A DNA stretch of 49,693 bases. Origin: a virus. Within the stretch, counting starts at the first letter, position 1, and each line of letters opens with the position of its first letter. Of this stretch, positions 49,485 through 49,693 are shown one piece after another. Made by a program: the position numbers and the translations under genes. The stretch lies in IMG/VR virus record IMGVR_UViG_3300048908_000031; one strand, written 5' to 3'. Below the pieces are notes generated by a model that was not told where the DNA came from, ran no database searches, and saw nothing but the letters and a program-made list of their open reading frames with translations.

Positions 49485-49693
49485 GACTTGGCCTCTTCGG
49501 GTTTGTTGTGTGGGCATTCAGCGCAGTGACCGCCAAGGCCGCATATTCCGCCGTCTGACTTGCAGGCTTCGGGTTTGTTGAGGGCGGCGTTTATTTTCTT
49601 GCCGTGATCGCAGGCCGCATAAGCGCTCTTGCGCATCGGCTCTGATGTAAGCTGATCCTCTCGGCTCAAGGTCAGGATAATTCCAGTAAGCAC
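49481..49693 (-). CDS. C-terminal part of the junction-spanning hypothetical protein (same gene as 1..430)
   Basis: In phase with 1..430 once the 127-bp duplication is collapsed. Confidence 0.7.
   Translation of the reverse strand: MLTGIILTLSREDQLTSEPMRKSAYAACDHGKKINAALNKPEACKSDGGICGLGGHCAECPHNKPEEAKS
49567..49693. repeat. Terminal duplication, copy 2 (identical to 1..127)
   Basis: Base-for-base identity. Confidence 0.95.

Overview
The window is a complete, GC-rich, lambdoid-organised tailed-phage genome. It closes on itself: bases 1-127 are identical to 49567-49693, so the unique length is 49,566 bp. The host is probably Pseudomonas, inferred from codon style and a close Pseudomonas-type PhaZ homologue. 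All family names below come from motif recognition by eye, not from database searches.

Layout:
- A long leftward early/accessory operon runs on the minus strand from about 15274 down to 1. It wraps through the junction and ends at 48532. Most of its genes are translationally coupled through ATGA or TGATG overlaps.
- A roughly 760-bp regulatory region (15275-16033) has no canonical CI repressor gene.
- A rightward arm follows on the plus strand. In order it carries a Cro-like gene, an RHH gene, Rha, a replication initiator with internal iterons, a nin-like region (N6/N4 methyltransferase, NinB, Ref-like HNH, VRR-NUC) and a Q-position gene.
- Next come a strong late promoter, a small secreted-protein moron and a terminator.
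- The late operon then carries holin and spanins, portal/MuF/protease-scaffold/capsid genes, a tail with baseplate, terS/terL, a tailspike and a GH19 endolysin.

The early arm holds the unusual cargo:
- a Sak4/DUF669/DUF1351/exonuclease recombination module;
- a C5-cytosine methyltransferase;
- a self-contained cassette with a PHA-depolymerase homologue, a pentapeptide-repeat protein and a small HTH protein;
- a putative 7-deazaguanine module (DpdA-like TIM barrel plus a minimal QueF-like T-fold, next to a cupin);
- a small serine recombinase;
- an HxD...H...RxS dioxygenase-like protein;
- an Rmf/CrpP-like protein and a MazG-like fusion.

The most striking non-coding signal is an 18-bp inverted repeat, AGTCC-N8-GGACT. 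It has 4 exact copies, 3 one-mismatch copies and 1 half-site. All lie in intergenic, promoter-proximal positions, which suggests a phage-wide operator regulon.
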